From NCBI RefSeq assembly GCF_009914755.1, contig NC_060934.1: a stretch of DNA of 64,000 nt, one strand, 5' to 3'. Of this stretch, positions 30,485 through 47,429 are shown piece by piece. The notes under the pieces are model-generated. The model saw only the letters and a program-made list of their open reading frames with translations, did no database searches and was not told where the DNA came from. The translations under genes were made by a program, and so were the position numbers. The stretch is from the human T2T-CHM13v2.0 reference genome, Homo sapiens. The number at the start of each line of letters is the position of its first letter. Position 1 is the stretch's first letter.

Positions 30485-32548
30485 TCAATTTTAAAACACT
30501 ATTCACAGTAATTCAACAAAAATCCTTTAATTTTCATATAGGCCACCATTGTATTTTTAACCTAATTCTGTATTTTCTGTGTCTTCTCTTTATACAATGG
30601 TAATTATCTTGCTGAGAAACACACAAAGCCCACTGAATGAAGCTCTTCCATCCCATGTACAACGATATCTTGCCTGACCATCCGTATCTCTCAATCTCTC
30701 AGTTCTTTTTAAAAACTGTTTTTTTGTTTTGTTTGGTTTGGTTTAGTTCTGCTTATCATCATATCTCCAGCAGCTAGCAAGCCAGCACACTGCTTGGCAA
30801 GCAGTAAGCCCTTGATGAGCATTTGCTGAATAAATGAAAGTGTCTGAGCCTATCCTTACTTTACCCCACTGCTGCTGTCTTGTCCCCATCCACCCATCTC
30901 TGCTCTATGTTCTATGCCATGCACCTTCTTTATCAGCCCACCATATGAGGCTTCCTTTTTTTATAACAGAAATAAGTATCTTGTTTAAGGATAATTTCAC
31001 CCATTCTAACTCCTCAATCAGTACTGTTTATGCACTCATTTACTTTATTCTTGCCCTTTCCAATAAAGAATCTAAAGTAACTGTAAAATCCTCTTGTCAC
31101 TATGGTAATTTATAATTATAAAATCATAGGACTATAGGAATTTACCTGCTTTCGTTAATTTATTTAATACGTCTGTTTAGATCTTCATAAGACAGTAAAA
31201 TACTTTAAGGTGGGAATCACATTTATTAATACTGGCAATCTTTCAAAAGTGGAATGTCTGATTCTTTTGCATCTAGAGGAGTGGATCAGCATGACCAACA
31301 CAGAAAAACAGCCACAATCAAGGGTGCTATGGCTTGTTTAATACCACAGGTTAAGGCCTAGTTAGAGGCAGCCCAGAGAATGCCCTCCCCACAACGAGCT
31401 GCTAACAGGCTCACACATCAATGGCTAGTAAGAAAAGAGGTGTAAGGCTAGGTACTACCTGGAATGCTACTTGCTTCGGCTATAACAGCAGGGACTAACC
31501 TTAAATTGCAAACACTCTAGTGAAAAGTCGAAAGTAATAACAATATAGGAATTAGTATTTGCTGAATGCTCATTGGTACTTTATAGAGATTGATGCATTT
31601 TAACTTCACAAGAGCCCTATGAGGTAGATACTATCATGATCCCTTCTTAAAGAGAAGAAAACAGCCCTGGAGAGGCTGAGTAAATTGCCCAGCATCAGTG
31701 GTGATAGAAAAATTCTTAATTACTATCCATATTCCTTCACTTATTATTTTGGGCATCAATTAGCACCTTAGCAAAAATTGACTGAAAAATAACCACTAAG
31801 AGGCCTCTAAAATCAAAGAAGGTCATCTAGAGAATGGGGGCACTGGAGGGAACAAAAATGAGACAAGAGTAGGTACGCAGGACAAACTTGACATGACAAT
31901 GTCTTCTAGTTTCAGCCTCAGCCACATCATTAAAGTGTCATCTCAAAATACATAGCTGCTACATGGATCATAAAATACAAATTATTGAACCAATAGGGAT
32001 GGGCTTGCTACTGAAAATCTTACAATTAAAATTACAAATATTGTATCACTTCTCAAAATACATCTATTCATATAGGTTAAAAACTAGAGCTTAAAAAGTT
32101 CTCTCTTTTTGAATTACTAAGACACAGGAGAAAGATGTGTCTTTCAAAGACAGTGAGAAGAAAACTGACCAAAGGAAAATGATACAAGACACTCTCCCTT
32201 TGAGCAATTTCAAGGTTCCTGGTGATGCCTCAGATAATAACATCAATTCTATCTCTAGTACAAAGCCAGAAAGTTAGGACACATGGGCTTTTCTAAAATC
32301 CAGACCACCAGCTACAGTACAGAGAGGTTGCCCCGCTGTTTCAAATGGTTAGCATTCTGTCTTTTAAAAGCCCGCATGAATAAACTAACTGTGTGGTTTG
32401 CATAAAGATTAAATATGCTTTTATAAAGGCACTTTATGTATACAGGCAATTTAAGGGTTTACTTAAAATTACTTCTCTAAGATAATCAAATCTATGAAAA
32501 TTAAGGTCAATTTTTCTATTATCATAGTAAAATCACACTTAAAATTCA

Positions 32549-32905
<357 letters not shown>

Positions 32906-32937
32906 TTAAAAAATTCATCTATGTTACCAAATGTAGG

Positions 32938-33711
32938 TTACTATGGACTGAATGTCTGTGTTACCCCAAAATTCCTACATTGAAAACCTAATTCCCAACA
33001 TGATGGTATTAGGAAGTGGTTCCTTTGGAAGGTGATTAGATCATGAGGGCAGAGCCCTCATGAATGGGATTAGTAACTGATACAGTTTGGGTATCTGTCC
33101 CCGCCCAAGTCTCATGTTAAAATGTGATCCCCAATGTTGAAGGTACGGCCTGGTGGAAGGTATTTCGATCATGGGGGCAGATCAATCCCTCATGGCTTGG
33201 TGCTATTCTGACCACAGTGAGTGAGTTCTCATGAGATCTGTTATTTAAAATTGTGTGGCATCTCTCCCCAACTCTTGCTCCTGCTCCCACCATGTGAGAA
33301 GCCTGCTCCCCACTTTGCCTTCTGCCACGATTGGAAGCTTCCTGAGGCCTCCCCAGAGGCCTTGCTGATGCTAGCGCCATGCTTCCTGTAGAGCTTGCAG
33401 GACCGTAAACCAATTAAACCTCTTTTCTTCATAAATTACCCAGTGTCAGATATGTCTTTATAGCAACGTTAAGAATAGACTCCTACAGTGACCTCATCAA
33501 AGAAGCCCCAGAGAGCTGCTGTCTCCCTGCTGCTATGTGAGTACATCGCAAGAAGGTATCATCTATGAACCCAGAAGAGGGACCTCACCAGATGCTCAAT
33601 CTGCCTGGATCTTGGACTTCTCACCTCCAGAGCTGTGAGAAATAAATTTCTGTTGTTCATAAGCCACCCAGTTTATAGTATTTTCTTAAAGCAGCACAAA
33701 TGGACTAAGAC
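32938..33711 (+). mobile_element. MaLR LTR (MLT1A-like) with nested MST LTR at 33078-33487
   Basis: ctatggactgaatg...ggactaagac interrupted by TGATACAGTTTGG...CTACA with 5-bp TSD GTAAC/GTGAC. Confidence 0.8.
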
Positions 33712-34236
33712 CTAAGACAATCTTTTTATTTTGCCTCCCTACTTTAAAAATAACTCACATTCATTTTCTTGTCACACCAGCTCTCAATAATGACATGCTG
33801 AACAAATGAATAAACAAATATTCTAGAATTCTGGCCATTTTAAAAAACACTAATTTGATAGGAGCTCCCTAATGCCATGGTCCTTGAATTATGCTTACAG
33901 AATAAAAGAACATTTTAAGCAAGTGCTATTTTTAAATGTTTCCACTAAAATAGGGCTAATTTTTGAAAGGCAGCTCTTAGGCCTCATAACTGTCAAATCT
34001 TTCTAATATTCTGTTGCTAAACCTCTAGAGCAACAGGAGTGGAGAGAAGCAGGCAAAAAAGAGGTTAAGCTGGGGATGCATGAAATGGGAAAAATAAGGT
34101 TTGGAAAGCAGATCATCATCATATGAAAAATCCAGGTCTAAGATGAGATCAGGCTGTACGGGCAGGTGCAGACATACTAATTAGCAATTAGATAAAATCT
34201 GGGTATTCAACACATGTTTATAAAATAAGTCATAAG

Positions 34237-34606
<370 letters not shown>

Positions 34607-34716
34607 TCAAACAGTAGCATCCAGTGACAGAGGAACAAGGTGGCAGAAAAGATTATTAAACGTGTGACTGGAATATCAACTTCCACTCAGAAAAGGCTAA
34701 AAAACTGGCTTGTTTA

Positions 34717-34995
<279 letters not shown>

Positions 34996-35149
34996 TTAGA
35001 CAAGAGATTAGAAAATGAAACTTGCCTGTTGGCAATCAAACGCAAACGAGAAAAACCAAATAAATGTGGTTTACACGGTAAACACAATAAAATAAAACAT
35101 GTTGTCATAATTTTTACAAAAACCTGGGAATTCCATAAGTAACTCAATG

Positions 35150-35930
35150 GGTATGTATTCAGTTTCATTCAACAAATACTTAAAACACCAGGCCTTCAGG
35201 ATGCAAAGATAAAAAAGATATTCCCAATCCACAGTGGACAAAACAGACAAAAAGTCAGTTTATAAGAGAAGAAAACAAATAGAACACCATAAATTAGTCT
35301 GGAGAGGGCAAGGCAGAACACGTGATAGGGTACAACTGACTTTTTAGACACTGAAGTTGTGAACTCTGTTCTGTGTGTAGTGGGATGCCACTCCCTGCAA
35401 GTGAATAACATGATCCGATCTTTACTTTAGAAAGCCTGGCAGACAGCTTTAAAAATAATTATTTATTTATTATTATTTATTATTTATTATTTTATTTTTA
35501 TTATCATTATGAGGCAAAGAGACTAGCTAATCTACAAAAGAAACCCAGAGAGAGATGATGAAGGAGGAGAAGAGAGAGATACAAGAGACGTTAATGTAAT
35601 TTACTTAGGAAATACAGGAGAGAGGTTTGGATGAAAATGTAATTAAAATTTTAACTTGTAGTTTTCTCTATATAGATTTCTAATAGGCAATTGGAGAAAT
35701 GGGTTTGGAGCTCAAGAAAAGTCTGTGTTGCTGCAGCATACAATTGGGTTTTAAAGCCACGAGAGGAAAACTGACATTTAGGTGGACTGCAAAAAGGGAG
35801 GAAGAAAAAAGACACAAAAAGAGGCCTGGAAGGCAATGGTAAGAGACACAAAGAAAAACCGAGGAGTGGTATCATTGATCAAGGACAGAGCATTTCAAAA
35901 AGTACAAAGTGTTACTTGGTACAGAAGAGT
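35150..35930. mobile_element. L2 fragments
   Basis: ttcattcaacaaatactt end motif and purine-rich L2-like tracts. Confidence 0.5.
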
Positions 35931-36548
35931 TAAAAAAAATCCTGACAAGGGTCCCCTGGGTCTGCGGGCTGAAGGCGATGGTGGAGCTTTGCTAGAGCAG
36001 GATGAGGAGGAGAGGGCTGACCTGGTTGAGGAGGGGCCGGGAGGGAAGTCAGGGGACAGGGCCACTCTACCATTCTCCTGACAAGAAAGGTCGGAAACCA
36101 GAAAAGCGAGGATGAGGGCTTGTTTTTTCCTTCATGTTTAGATGTGGGACTAACAGACATAATTACAAAAACCTTAACAGTTTAATAATACTAAACAAAT
36201 ACAAAGGAAAAGAACAGGTTAAAATGTTGCTTTTATAATATATTATGTAATTAGACCAGAGGATGAACACTTTCATTTTTAAAACTCACTAAAGCTAATT
36301 AATACTTTCTGAATCTTTAACAAAATTTACTTTGAATATTAGGCAACATTTAATATTATTCCAAGTAAATATGTCTTACAATTGTTATATCTGCAAAAAT
36401 TTTCTAAAATTTAAACAATTCCACATTTTTGAGTGCCAGTCCACATGTAAAAACGAGCCTTCAACAGAAACTGGTCAGAGTTTGCATAAAGCTGGTGTCG
36501 AATGCCTCAAGTAAACACGCAGGTATTCACAGAGTTGGGCTTCCATAC

Positions 36549-36771
36549 CTGATCTTAATCGCAAAACCAACTGCTGTGGTTGGATCTGAGTAATATCCTC
36601 TGGCTTGAGCTTCTCTGCTGTTCCTTTGCTACGGTTGGTTACATTTTTATTTTTCTTTATATCTTTGGAGCCTCTGGGATTTTCTATGTCATCTGGAGGG
36701 CAACCCTTCTTTTTTAAGGCTTCTAAATCATCACATCGTGCAGAAGTAGGCATTCCTTCCTGTAAAAATGT
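36549..36771 (-). CDS. ITGB1: ITGB1 exon 4 (PSI/hybrid, [15 protein letters not shown]...LRLRS)
   Basis: tag|ACATTT...TCAG|gtatgg; 223 nt. Confidence 0.97.
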
Positions 36772-38869
36772 CTAAATGACATATAAAATATAGGTATAAA
36801 TGAAAATTGTAATGGTCAAACCTTTTTACATAATAATTGCAAATAAGCAATTAAATTGCAAAACATCAAATCACATCTAATGTACCCCAATTCTGGCTTT
36901 TAAACAAAATGCTCCCTTCATCCAAACTGTGGTAAGTGTTCTTGTTAAAAAACAATCATTTCCAAGAAAGTAATACCTTTCCCAGAACTGACCCAAGTGT
37001 ACACAGTAAATGCTCTATCTTGTAATTCAGAGTATCTAATCAAAAGCAATTTCTTTAGTGAAATCACTAATTGAGCATGGTTAATGGCTACTAATAATGT
37101 ATACATACACCCAAATATCAGATCATTTCTCCAAAATTTCCCTTTGAAAAGTCCTTACAAAGCGTCTCATATTATGTGGCACTCTCCCCATCGCAATATG
37201 CTGAACAACCCGATGTTTAGGGAAAACAGACGAGCTTAAAAACATCTCAATTAATTATTGCATTTTTTAAAAGGACAACACGAAATTTAGCACCGATTAA
37301 ATAAGTATTCCCACAGGTTTGAAAAAACTTTAAGTATTAGCTATTATTGTAAATAAGTTTTTAAAAAACTTTTAAAAAGCAAAATAGTAAGTATATGACA
37401 AGGGTAAAAGGAGTAAGTATATGACAAGGGTAAAAGGTCCTAATGGCAGGTAAATTTCAAAAAAGGAAAAAAAGTTCCTAATGGCAGGTGAATGGATATT
37501 TGCAGTAGTAAAATTTCTAGTAATGACAGAGATTTTAAATGTGGTATACATCAAACAACTTAGAAATAAAAATTTAATCATATAACTGAAAAGTGCCTTA
37601 GTGAATTCAAAAACACTGCTGTTAAAGATCTATATAAAGACTGTGAATAAAGGTGTTTCAAGAAATGTGAAAATGTGGGGGAAACAGTGACATTATATAT
37701 GGTATTTATTTATCAAATATCAATTTAACGGTGCTGTATAAAGTAACAGTAAGTGAAGATATTTAAATTTAAAGAATACACAATAGTTTTTACATAAGAT
37801 TTTTTAAGAGAAACATCATACTAATGAGAGTATTTATGTAATCAACAACTGGAAGGGAATACCAAGAATCAGATAATTCAAAGCTGCACTATTTATTAAA
37901 CCTAAACTACTACCTACCAAAGCACAAGATCCTAGTGAATTACACATTTCTAAATACTAATCAATCCACGAAATTTACAATCATGACACCCAAATACAAT
38001 TTCACTGAATATATTCAGAAAGCCTTTAAAATTTTAAGGATTATGCTCCAAAGCTCAAAGGCTAAGATAATCCTTAACTACAGATAAACTGTAGTCCCCA
38101 TAAAATGGATATGTTAACAATAATAGCAGCTACCACTTATTTAGAAGTTTTTAAGTGAAACTGCTTTAAGTTCATCAATTCTAATTATTGTAACAATAGA
38201 TAAAGCGGATATTATCATCCTCATTTTCAGATATGAAAACCAAGAGCTTCAGTTACATAAGCCTTGCCTGAGACAAACTCACAACACTCCATATTTCCTC
38301 CACTGTTGCCAATGTAATCCCAACACACCACTTTTAGAAAACACCATTAGAAAATTTTTGAAAAACAACAAAACCTCTCATTTTTTCTTTCATGTGGTCA
38401 AACCATACGACATATCTGACACTTGACCACTTAGGCATACAAAAATAGGCACTTGAAACTTGGGCCCAAATGCCTGCATGAAAACAAAATCAGTAACCCC
38501 TTGATCTTCTGATATTAGTTATTCATTCTGTGAATAAACTATACAACCTCAAAATGACTTCTCCTTACCTTCTCTTTTGATATATTCATTCATTCATTCA
38601 TTGACTCACTGAACATTTAGTAGGCTTTGTGGAAGGTACCATATTAGCAAAAGTATAGAGATGACAAAAGTGAATAAAATCCAAACCCTAATTAACCTCA
38701 ATAAGCTTATATTGGGATGCAAATCAATTCCAGTAGTTTAACTCAAATATAATTAAGAAGGTTAATTTATACCTCCCCATCAAAAAAGGGGAAATCTGAA
38801 ACAGTCAAACTAAATGACTAGGACTTTTTTGAAGGTTCTCCCATAAAAATCTAATATGTGCCACAAAGA

Positions 38870-39120
38870 TGAGCTACAAATATATGTATTTTAAAATTGT
38901 TTAGTAGCCACACTAAAAAAAGAAAAAGAGAAAATTTTAACACTGTTATAACATTATTTTTAAATATACAAAAATTATCATTTCACCATTATTATTTATT
39001 TAATACTAAGTCTTTGAAATCTTGTATATCTTTGAAACTTAGAGCAATTCTAATTTGTACAAAAGTGCTCAATAGCCACATCTGCCTAGTGGCTACTGTG
39101 TTGAACCACATAGCTCCAAA
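38870..39120. mobile_element. hAT-Charlie non-autonomous element (MER3/MER33-like)
   Basis: gtgctcaatagccacatctgcctagtggctactgtgttg motif. Confidence 0.6.
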
Positions 39121-39241
39121 CCATTAGGTTATTCATTTTATGATTTACATAAAAATTAATATGTGCTTCTGAAGGATACAGCACTGAGCCACACTAAATG
39201 ACCAGAGAACAAATGGAAAGGACTTGAGCAACCTTACTTAC

Positions 39242-39327
39242 TGAATTTGTGCACCACCCACAATTTGGCCCTGCTTGTATACATTCTCCACATGATTTGG
39301 CATTTGCTTTTAAACATCTATTTTCAT
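39242..39327 (-). CDS. ITGB1: ITGB1 exon 3 (PSI domain start, [29 protein letters not shown])
   Basis: cag|ATGAAAAT...AATTCA|gtaagt; 86 nt; lies within ORF 39194..39418. Confidence 0.97.
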
Positions 39328-39484
39328 CTGTCAGAAAGAAGAAAGAACAGAACATTTTATGTGAAGTGTCAGAGAGAAAATAATGAAAAATCAGAATCAC
39401 AATGACAATGCAATACATATGTTAAATATTAATACTATGACCTAGTTACCATCTAAACTAGACCTTCCCCAAAGAGAGCAGGAT

Positions 39485-39890
39485 TTTTTAATTTAATTTT
39501 TAATTTTTGTGGGTAAATAGGTGTATACATGTATGGGGTACATGAGATATTTTGATACAGGCATACAATGCATAACAGTCATATAATGGTAAATGGGGTA
39601 TTCATCCCCTCAGGCCTTTATCCTTTGTGTTACAAAGAATCCAATTATACTCTTTTAGTTATTTTAAAATATGCAACTATATTATTATTGACTACAGTCA
39701 CCCTGTTGTGCTACCAAATACTAGGTCATACTTATTCTTTCTATTTTTTTGTACCCATTAACACTCCCGACTTCCTCCCCACCTTCTCACTACCCTTCCC
39801 AGCCTCTGGTAACCATCCTTCTACTATCTTCATGAGTTCAATTGTTTTAATTTTTAGCTCCCACAAACCGGTGAGAACAATGCAAAATTT
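39485..39890 (-). mobile_element. L1MA 3' end
   Basis: ggggtacatgagatattttgatacaggcatacaatg...cccttcccagcctctggtaaccatc. Confidence 0.8.
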
Positions 39891-40902
39891 GGGACCGTGA
39901 TTTTGGATCACCTTGACACTGAAAGCCACAGAGAGACATAAGTTATCTTCCTTGTCTTCTGTATCAAAGACAAGACATAATTCAGAATTTATCATTCTTG
40001 ACTGTCATAAATGTCATGAGTTCTCTTAAAACTGGGCAAAGTATTATTTCTTGTCATTTAACTCCTACCATACTCACAAGAATCTTCAAGGCTTTCCCTT
40101 TGCTTTCAGTATGTTAAATAACTGAAAAGTCCATATTCATCTAATCCATAATCCCAGAATTTCTCAGGCTCTATGTTCAAAGTATGTTTTAGGTTTCTTT
40201 GCATCTACCTAAGGAAGAGTATGCCTTCTACATGGTAAGCGCTAATACAGACTGTCTCCAACGTATCTTTTCTGAGATTATAAAACCAGCATATGCTTCT
40301 TATAGAAAATCTGGAAAACACACAAGAGCATAAAGAACCAACTCACTGAATCTGTTAACTGAGAGAGGACTGTTGCTAACATTTTTGCCTATTTCTTTCC
40401 AGTCTTTTTCCTATGCAGATAAATAGCAAGGGGAAGCAAGCATATATATATTAATACATGTATTATTTACATGAAACTGAGGATGCACTTTATATATACA
40501 GTTGTACAGTTTTGTATACTGTTTTTTATACCTTATCCTAAGTGTTTTATTCTTATCATCACAAATTCTTTTTAAAAAGAATTAAAAAGCTTTTAATGAT
40601 TATGTATTTCAATATAAGTGTACTCTATTTAATGCTGGACAAATTTAGATTGTTTCCAAATGTATGTGTGCACAGTTCACACATGCTTGCTCACATGCAC
40701 ATATAAACACCCCAAGTACACATATACACATACTGTACTACATGCACATACACATGCTGATGATCTTATATATAAACCTTAGTACACATCTGATTATTTC
40801 CTTATAATAAAACCCAAAAGAATAATTAACTACTAAGTTGAAGAGCATATTAACATTTCTAAAATTCTCTATACACACTAATTTCTATCCAAAAGTAATA
40901 TA

Positions 40903-41236
40903 CAGTTGACCCTCTGTGTCTGTGGTTTCCAAATCAGTGGATTCAAGCAACCACGGATCAAAAATGGGGGAAAAAAGTGTCTGTACTGAACATGTACATA
41001 CTTTTCTTCCTGTCATTATTCCCTAAACAATACAGTGTAAAAGCTATTTACCTAGCATTTACATTGTATTAAGTATTACAGGTAATCTAGAGAAGATTTA
41101 AAGTATACAGGAGGATATGTGTAGGTTATATGCAAATATCATGCCATTTTATATCAGGGACTTGAGTATTTGTGGATTTTGGTATCTGAAGGAGGTCCTG
41201 GAACCAATTCCCCATGGATACCATAGGGCAACACTA
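40903..41236. mobile_element. MER2 (TcMar-Tigger derivative)
   Basis: ta|CAGTTGACCCTC...tatacaggaggatatgtgtaggttatatgcaaata...ggataccatagggcaac. Confidence 0.8.
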
Positions 41237-42218
41237 CTAATATAAGCTCCCACAAAACGGCAGTGTACAAATACCATTTTACCACATTTCCAACCGAAGT
41301 GCTTTAATGTTAAAAAACTGTTGCTCATTTCATAAGTGTAAATTAGAATATCAATTCATTGGTGAAGCCTATCAATTTCAGGTTTTACATTGTTTCATAT
41401 TTTTACTAACCATTTCTTTTATAATTTTGTTATGTCTTTTGCAAATTTTTTTGTTATGTTCCTCAGTTTTTATTGGATTTCTATACACATTAATGAAGTG
41501 GAACCTTTGTTTAGTTTCTCATCTTGTTTACGGTGTTCTGACACAGAATGTTTTTGTTATTACTGATTTTATGTAACTAACTTATCAATACTTTCTTTTA
41601 CGGTCTCCTGCTTCATTTTTACTACTTGTAGTAAGTCCTTCCAATCCTGATATCGAACTGCTCTATGCAGTGTAGTTTTTCAAGATTCAGAGGACAGAAC
41701 TGCGTATCCATTATTCCAGATGTGGAGCCACATCTTTATAGAAGGGTTAAATACATTTTCAGCTTTATTTTCACTGCTTTCCTAGATGATGCCAACATTT
41801 TGTGAGACTTTTTTATCAAAGAGTGAGAATGTCTTCTAGAAAGTCTTTGCAGATAATAATGGACAGTTCATAATCCTCCATTCTACACATTTATTTCATT
41901 TGCTTCTAAATATACTTGCTTTTGCCTTCTGTTCACTTACACACTCTCATGTTCTCAAAAGATCTTCTTGCAGTGTGTTCAATCCCTAGCATTTTAGTAC
42001 TTCACCAGCCAACTTGCCTCCCATCATCCCAGGTGGCAGGGGTGAGGGGAGCCTGACCATGAAGGAACTTGACCTTTCTCTGAGTAAGAGGAACAATTGC
42101 AGGGCTTCCAGAAGGAGCAGCATGATTATGACTTAGGTTCTCATATGAACCTAACTGGTCAAAGCGCAATACAAGATACGGAAATGAAAAGACAACTAAG
42201 AAAATTTTTTGTTTTTAC

Positions 42219-42285
42219 CTGTTTGAGCAAACACACAGCAAACTGAACTGATCAGTCCAATCCAGAAAATTGGTTGTAAATTCAT
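42219..42285 (-). CDS. ITGB1: ITGB1 exon 2 (signal peptide [22 protein letters not shown])
   Basis: ttcag|ATG acceptor at 42285, ACAG|gtaaaa donor at 42219; 67 nt. Confidence 0.97.
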
Positions 42286-42880
42286 CTGAAATGTAAAATG
42301 TGCCTTATATTAGTTATAAAGAAATAAAATGAAAAATGCATTAAATAGAAAGTATTACCCCACCGTACCTTCTATTGCTTTTATAAACATGATGGCTCTC
42401 AAACCATTTCACTCCAGCCCCTCTCCACAGACCCTCGCCCATCTCCCCTCCCTAGCTGGTTCCCTCACCTTGCACCTACACTGCGAAAATAACTTCCATA
42501 CCAGAGCCCCAGAATCCATTCGTGCCTTTCTCTAAAGCAAACCGATTATATTTTAACATTTAATTAACAGCGCTCAAAAAAAAAATCAGTGTTAAGTATT
42601 CCTCAACACCATAAAACCTACCAATGGTCTCAGCCCATAGAATCTCTATCTCCATTATCTCCTGCGGCTCCCAGGGGCCCAGACCAGCATATCCAGATGC
42701 CTCAGTTACCTCAATGCTGAACATTCGTTTTCAAAAACCTGATCAAGTCATCCCTCTGCTAACAATGCGCTTCATCAGTTTTTATTTCTTCAGGCTAAGG
42801 CCAACATCCTGCATAAGGCCCCAAATAGATTTTTGAGCTTGTTTTCCTATTATCTCTCTTTTTTAAGAAAATCAACTTCT

Positions 42881-43174
42881 GCCAGGAGCGCTGGCTCACG
42901 CCTGGAATCTCAGCACTTTGGGAGGCTGAGGCAGGCAGATCACCTGAGGTCAGGAGTTTGAGACCAACCCAGCCAACATGGAGAAACCCCAGCTCTACTA
43001 AAAATTAGCCAGGCATCGTCGTGGGTGCCTGTAGTCCCAGCTACTCCGGAGGCTGAGGCAGGAGAACTGCTTGAACCTGGGAGGCAAAGGTTTCACTGAG
43101 CCAAGATTATGCCACTGCACTCCAGCCTGGGCAACAGAGCAGGACTCCATCTCAAAAAAAAAGAAAGAAAAGAA
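42881..43174 (+). mobile_element. AluS
   Basis: Full Alu; 16-bp TSD AAGAAAATCAACTTCT. Confidence 0.95.
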
Positions 43175-44003
43175 AAGAAAATCAACTTCTATGCATGCAA
43201 TAAGTAAAATACTCAGTTTTAATTTCCTAGAGTGTCCAGACCCCCCACCTCTCCCCCAACAAAAAAAAAGAGGGCATAAGACAAACTGAAAAAGTCTTGT
43301 CTTCTAGAACCTCTAACCAAAAAATTAGGTAATATTCTATATACTAAATACAACTACCCCAATTTCCTACCATTAGGTACATATATAACTATTTTCTCTG
43401 AATCAAAGCTTTCACGATGATATGAATCTATATCTTTGATTGGTCAAAGATGGCTACGGCCACTGGTTGCTGACTTGATCCCTTAACTACTTACTGCTCT
43501 TGGACTAGCAGCCAATCTAATAATTATATATAAGTATCTGTCCCTCCACAAGAAGAAATACTCAAAAAAGCAAATTTATACAAAAAAAGTTTAGGTTTAA
43601 TCGTTATTGGAAAATGTAAATTAAAGCAACATAAGATGAACTAGCAAAAATAGAAAGTTTTTTAACCCAACAAAACTATAGCAGATGGCTGCGAGAAACC
43701 AACTGGTAGCTCTGTGAACTGATACAACTTTTTGGGAAATAATTTGACAATTTATATCAAAAACCATAAAAAAATTTCTACCCTCTAATAATCCAGCTAC
43801 TGGGAATTTACCCTAAGGAAATACTTAAATATATAAAAGGTGACACACATATACACACACATTCAGTATAGTACTCTAGTATATTCACAAGAGCAAAAAT
43901 GTAAATATCCTATATCCAATAACAGGGAAATCTAACTGCATCAAGTTTAGGGACTTATTAGTCATTGCAATAATAAAATGCAGCAACATTTAGAGTTATA
44001 GAG

Positions 44004-44401
<398 letters not shown>

Positions 44402-46092
44402 CTAATAGTTTCATATAATCTGAAGATAACAAAGAGTTATATGCACAATATAAAGACAATGAGGGCCATTTGTTTTTTAAACTGTTAGGGTCTTCTTTCT
44501 ACTTTCTTAATGAAAACAACTGTAGCACAATTTAACTGTGCAATTATTTTTCTTGACAAATTTCCTTTAATATGAAAAAAGTTCACTGAATTCCAAGTTA
44601 ACACTGAATATTTCTTTTACAGACCTCCATCTTCAAGGGCTTACATTCCAGGATGCTATTCCCCTGGCTCAGAGAGAATGCTTTAAGTTGTGCTCTGAGC
44701 ACCCGAGAGAAAAGAGTTAAGCGTAACGTGAAAAGTCATTCACTTCTGCAATCGTGCTCAGCCCAGCAGGCTGTTATGCCTGAGCTTGCAGTTTTGCTTA
44801 CATATCACTTGTGACTGTATCCAAGAGACCAGCAAAATCTGAGTGTCACAGAAGTGTGAAATGCCTACCAAATTCACCTTTCAAGGCCTGTCTAAAAGGT
44901 TTAGTGTGTAGTAAATCCATTAGACTATAATTCTAAGCAAGTCAAATAATGTTATCACGATTCCAAAGCTATGACAACAGACACCTGAAACATTAAAAGT
45001 TCCTGAGGAAATGCATTACTGTGATGAATGAAGCATGCAGGCAGTTTCCACACAAAGGGAATGGAACAAATATTTGTTCCATATATGGACAGATACATGT
45101 TTCTTCAGGATACAACTCAGGCTGTTTAATGATCACTAGAGACTGCTTTGAGAAATCTGTCAACATATCATACAATTCAGACAATCACCACTAAGATGAA
45201 GTTATTAGGTAACAGAAAATGATTCCTAACATTCGGAGCCACACTACTTTAAATGTCACTGTCCTTTCCTTCTATAAACCTTGACAAGGCAAAAAGTCAA
45301 CCTTCTGAAACCCTTGTGCCTCCGGAAGAGCTCCAAACCCGGAAGCAGGCGAAACAAGGCTTCAGTGTTGAAGAACAGCTGAGAGAACAAGGCCAGCAGC
45401 TGGAAACAGTTTAATGACAGATGTCAACGATCCTGCGACTGGCGACTGGCGGGGCACTGGCAAGAAACAGAGAGGCACTGCCATTGGCTAGTGATATCTG
45501 TAAAAGGCGAGGCTTTCTCTCAGGGAAAGGGAAAGGCTAGAGGATGACTCCAATTAAGAACACAGAAGAGCTACAGGACCAGGGGGCGGAGAGGAGACCA
45601 CAGTTAGAAGTGGCCTGAGGGAAGCAAGCCACAGAGACCCGGACAGGAAAGGAGAGGCAGAGGGCCAGGGAGCCTCGCTTTCAATGCTGCTGGCCTTCCC
45701 TTCTACCGGTACTGGGTGCCCCCTGCACATGCGCATGGAAGGGGAAGGAACAGGTGCCCAAGTCCTACGCCACAAAGCTCCCAGGACAGCACTTCTCTAA
45801 GTGGGCCTAGAGAACAACTGCATTGGGTTTACCTGGATGCCCTAGGCTTAAAATCCACAATCCCTGAGCATGGGGCCTGGACTCCAGGTGATTCTTATGC
45901 TGAGAAAAGGACCTGAAGGGGTTTCCTCCCAATGGCATTCCATATAAAACAGAGTATGAGGGGATAACAGGGAAAGATGCCTTTCAGTTGCTGTCCTAAT
46001 TCTAACGCTTGTCTCCTCTTCACGGTCAAAGACCTAGAAACAGTTGTCTACACTGGTCTCCATTTCCTACCTACCTTCCCTCTCCTCAACCC

Positions 46093-47353
<1,261 letters not shown>

Positions 47354-47429
47354 TAACTGATGTCCATGCCCAACCATATATGTGAAATTACTCTTGCAAA
47401 AGAACCCTTTCTAGGCCTTACCTTACTCT

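Noticed and set aside
45290-45950. GC-richer unique stretch in intron 1 as an enhancer or alternative promoter
   Set aside because: Not a CpG island and no convincing motif cluster; cannot be supported without chromatin data
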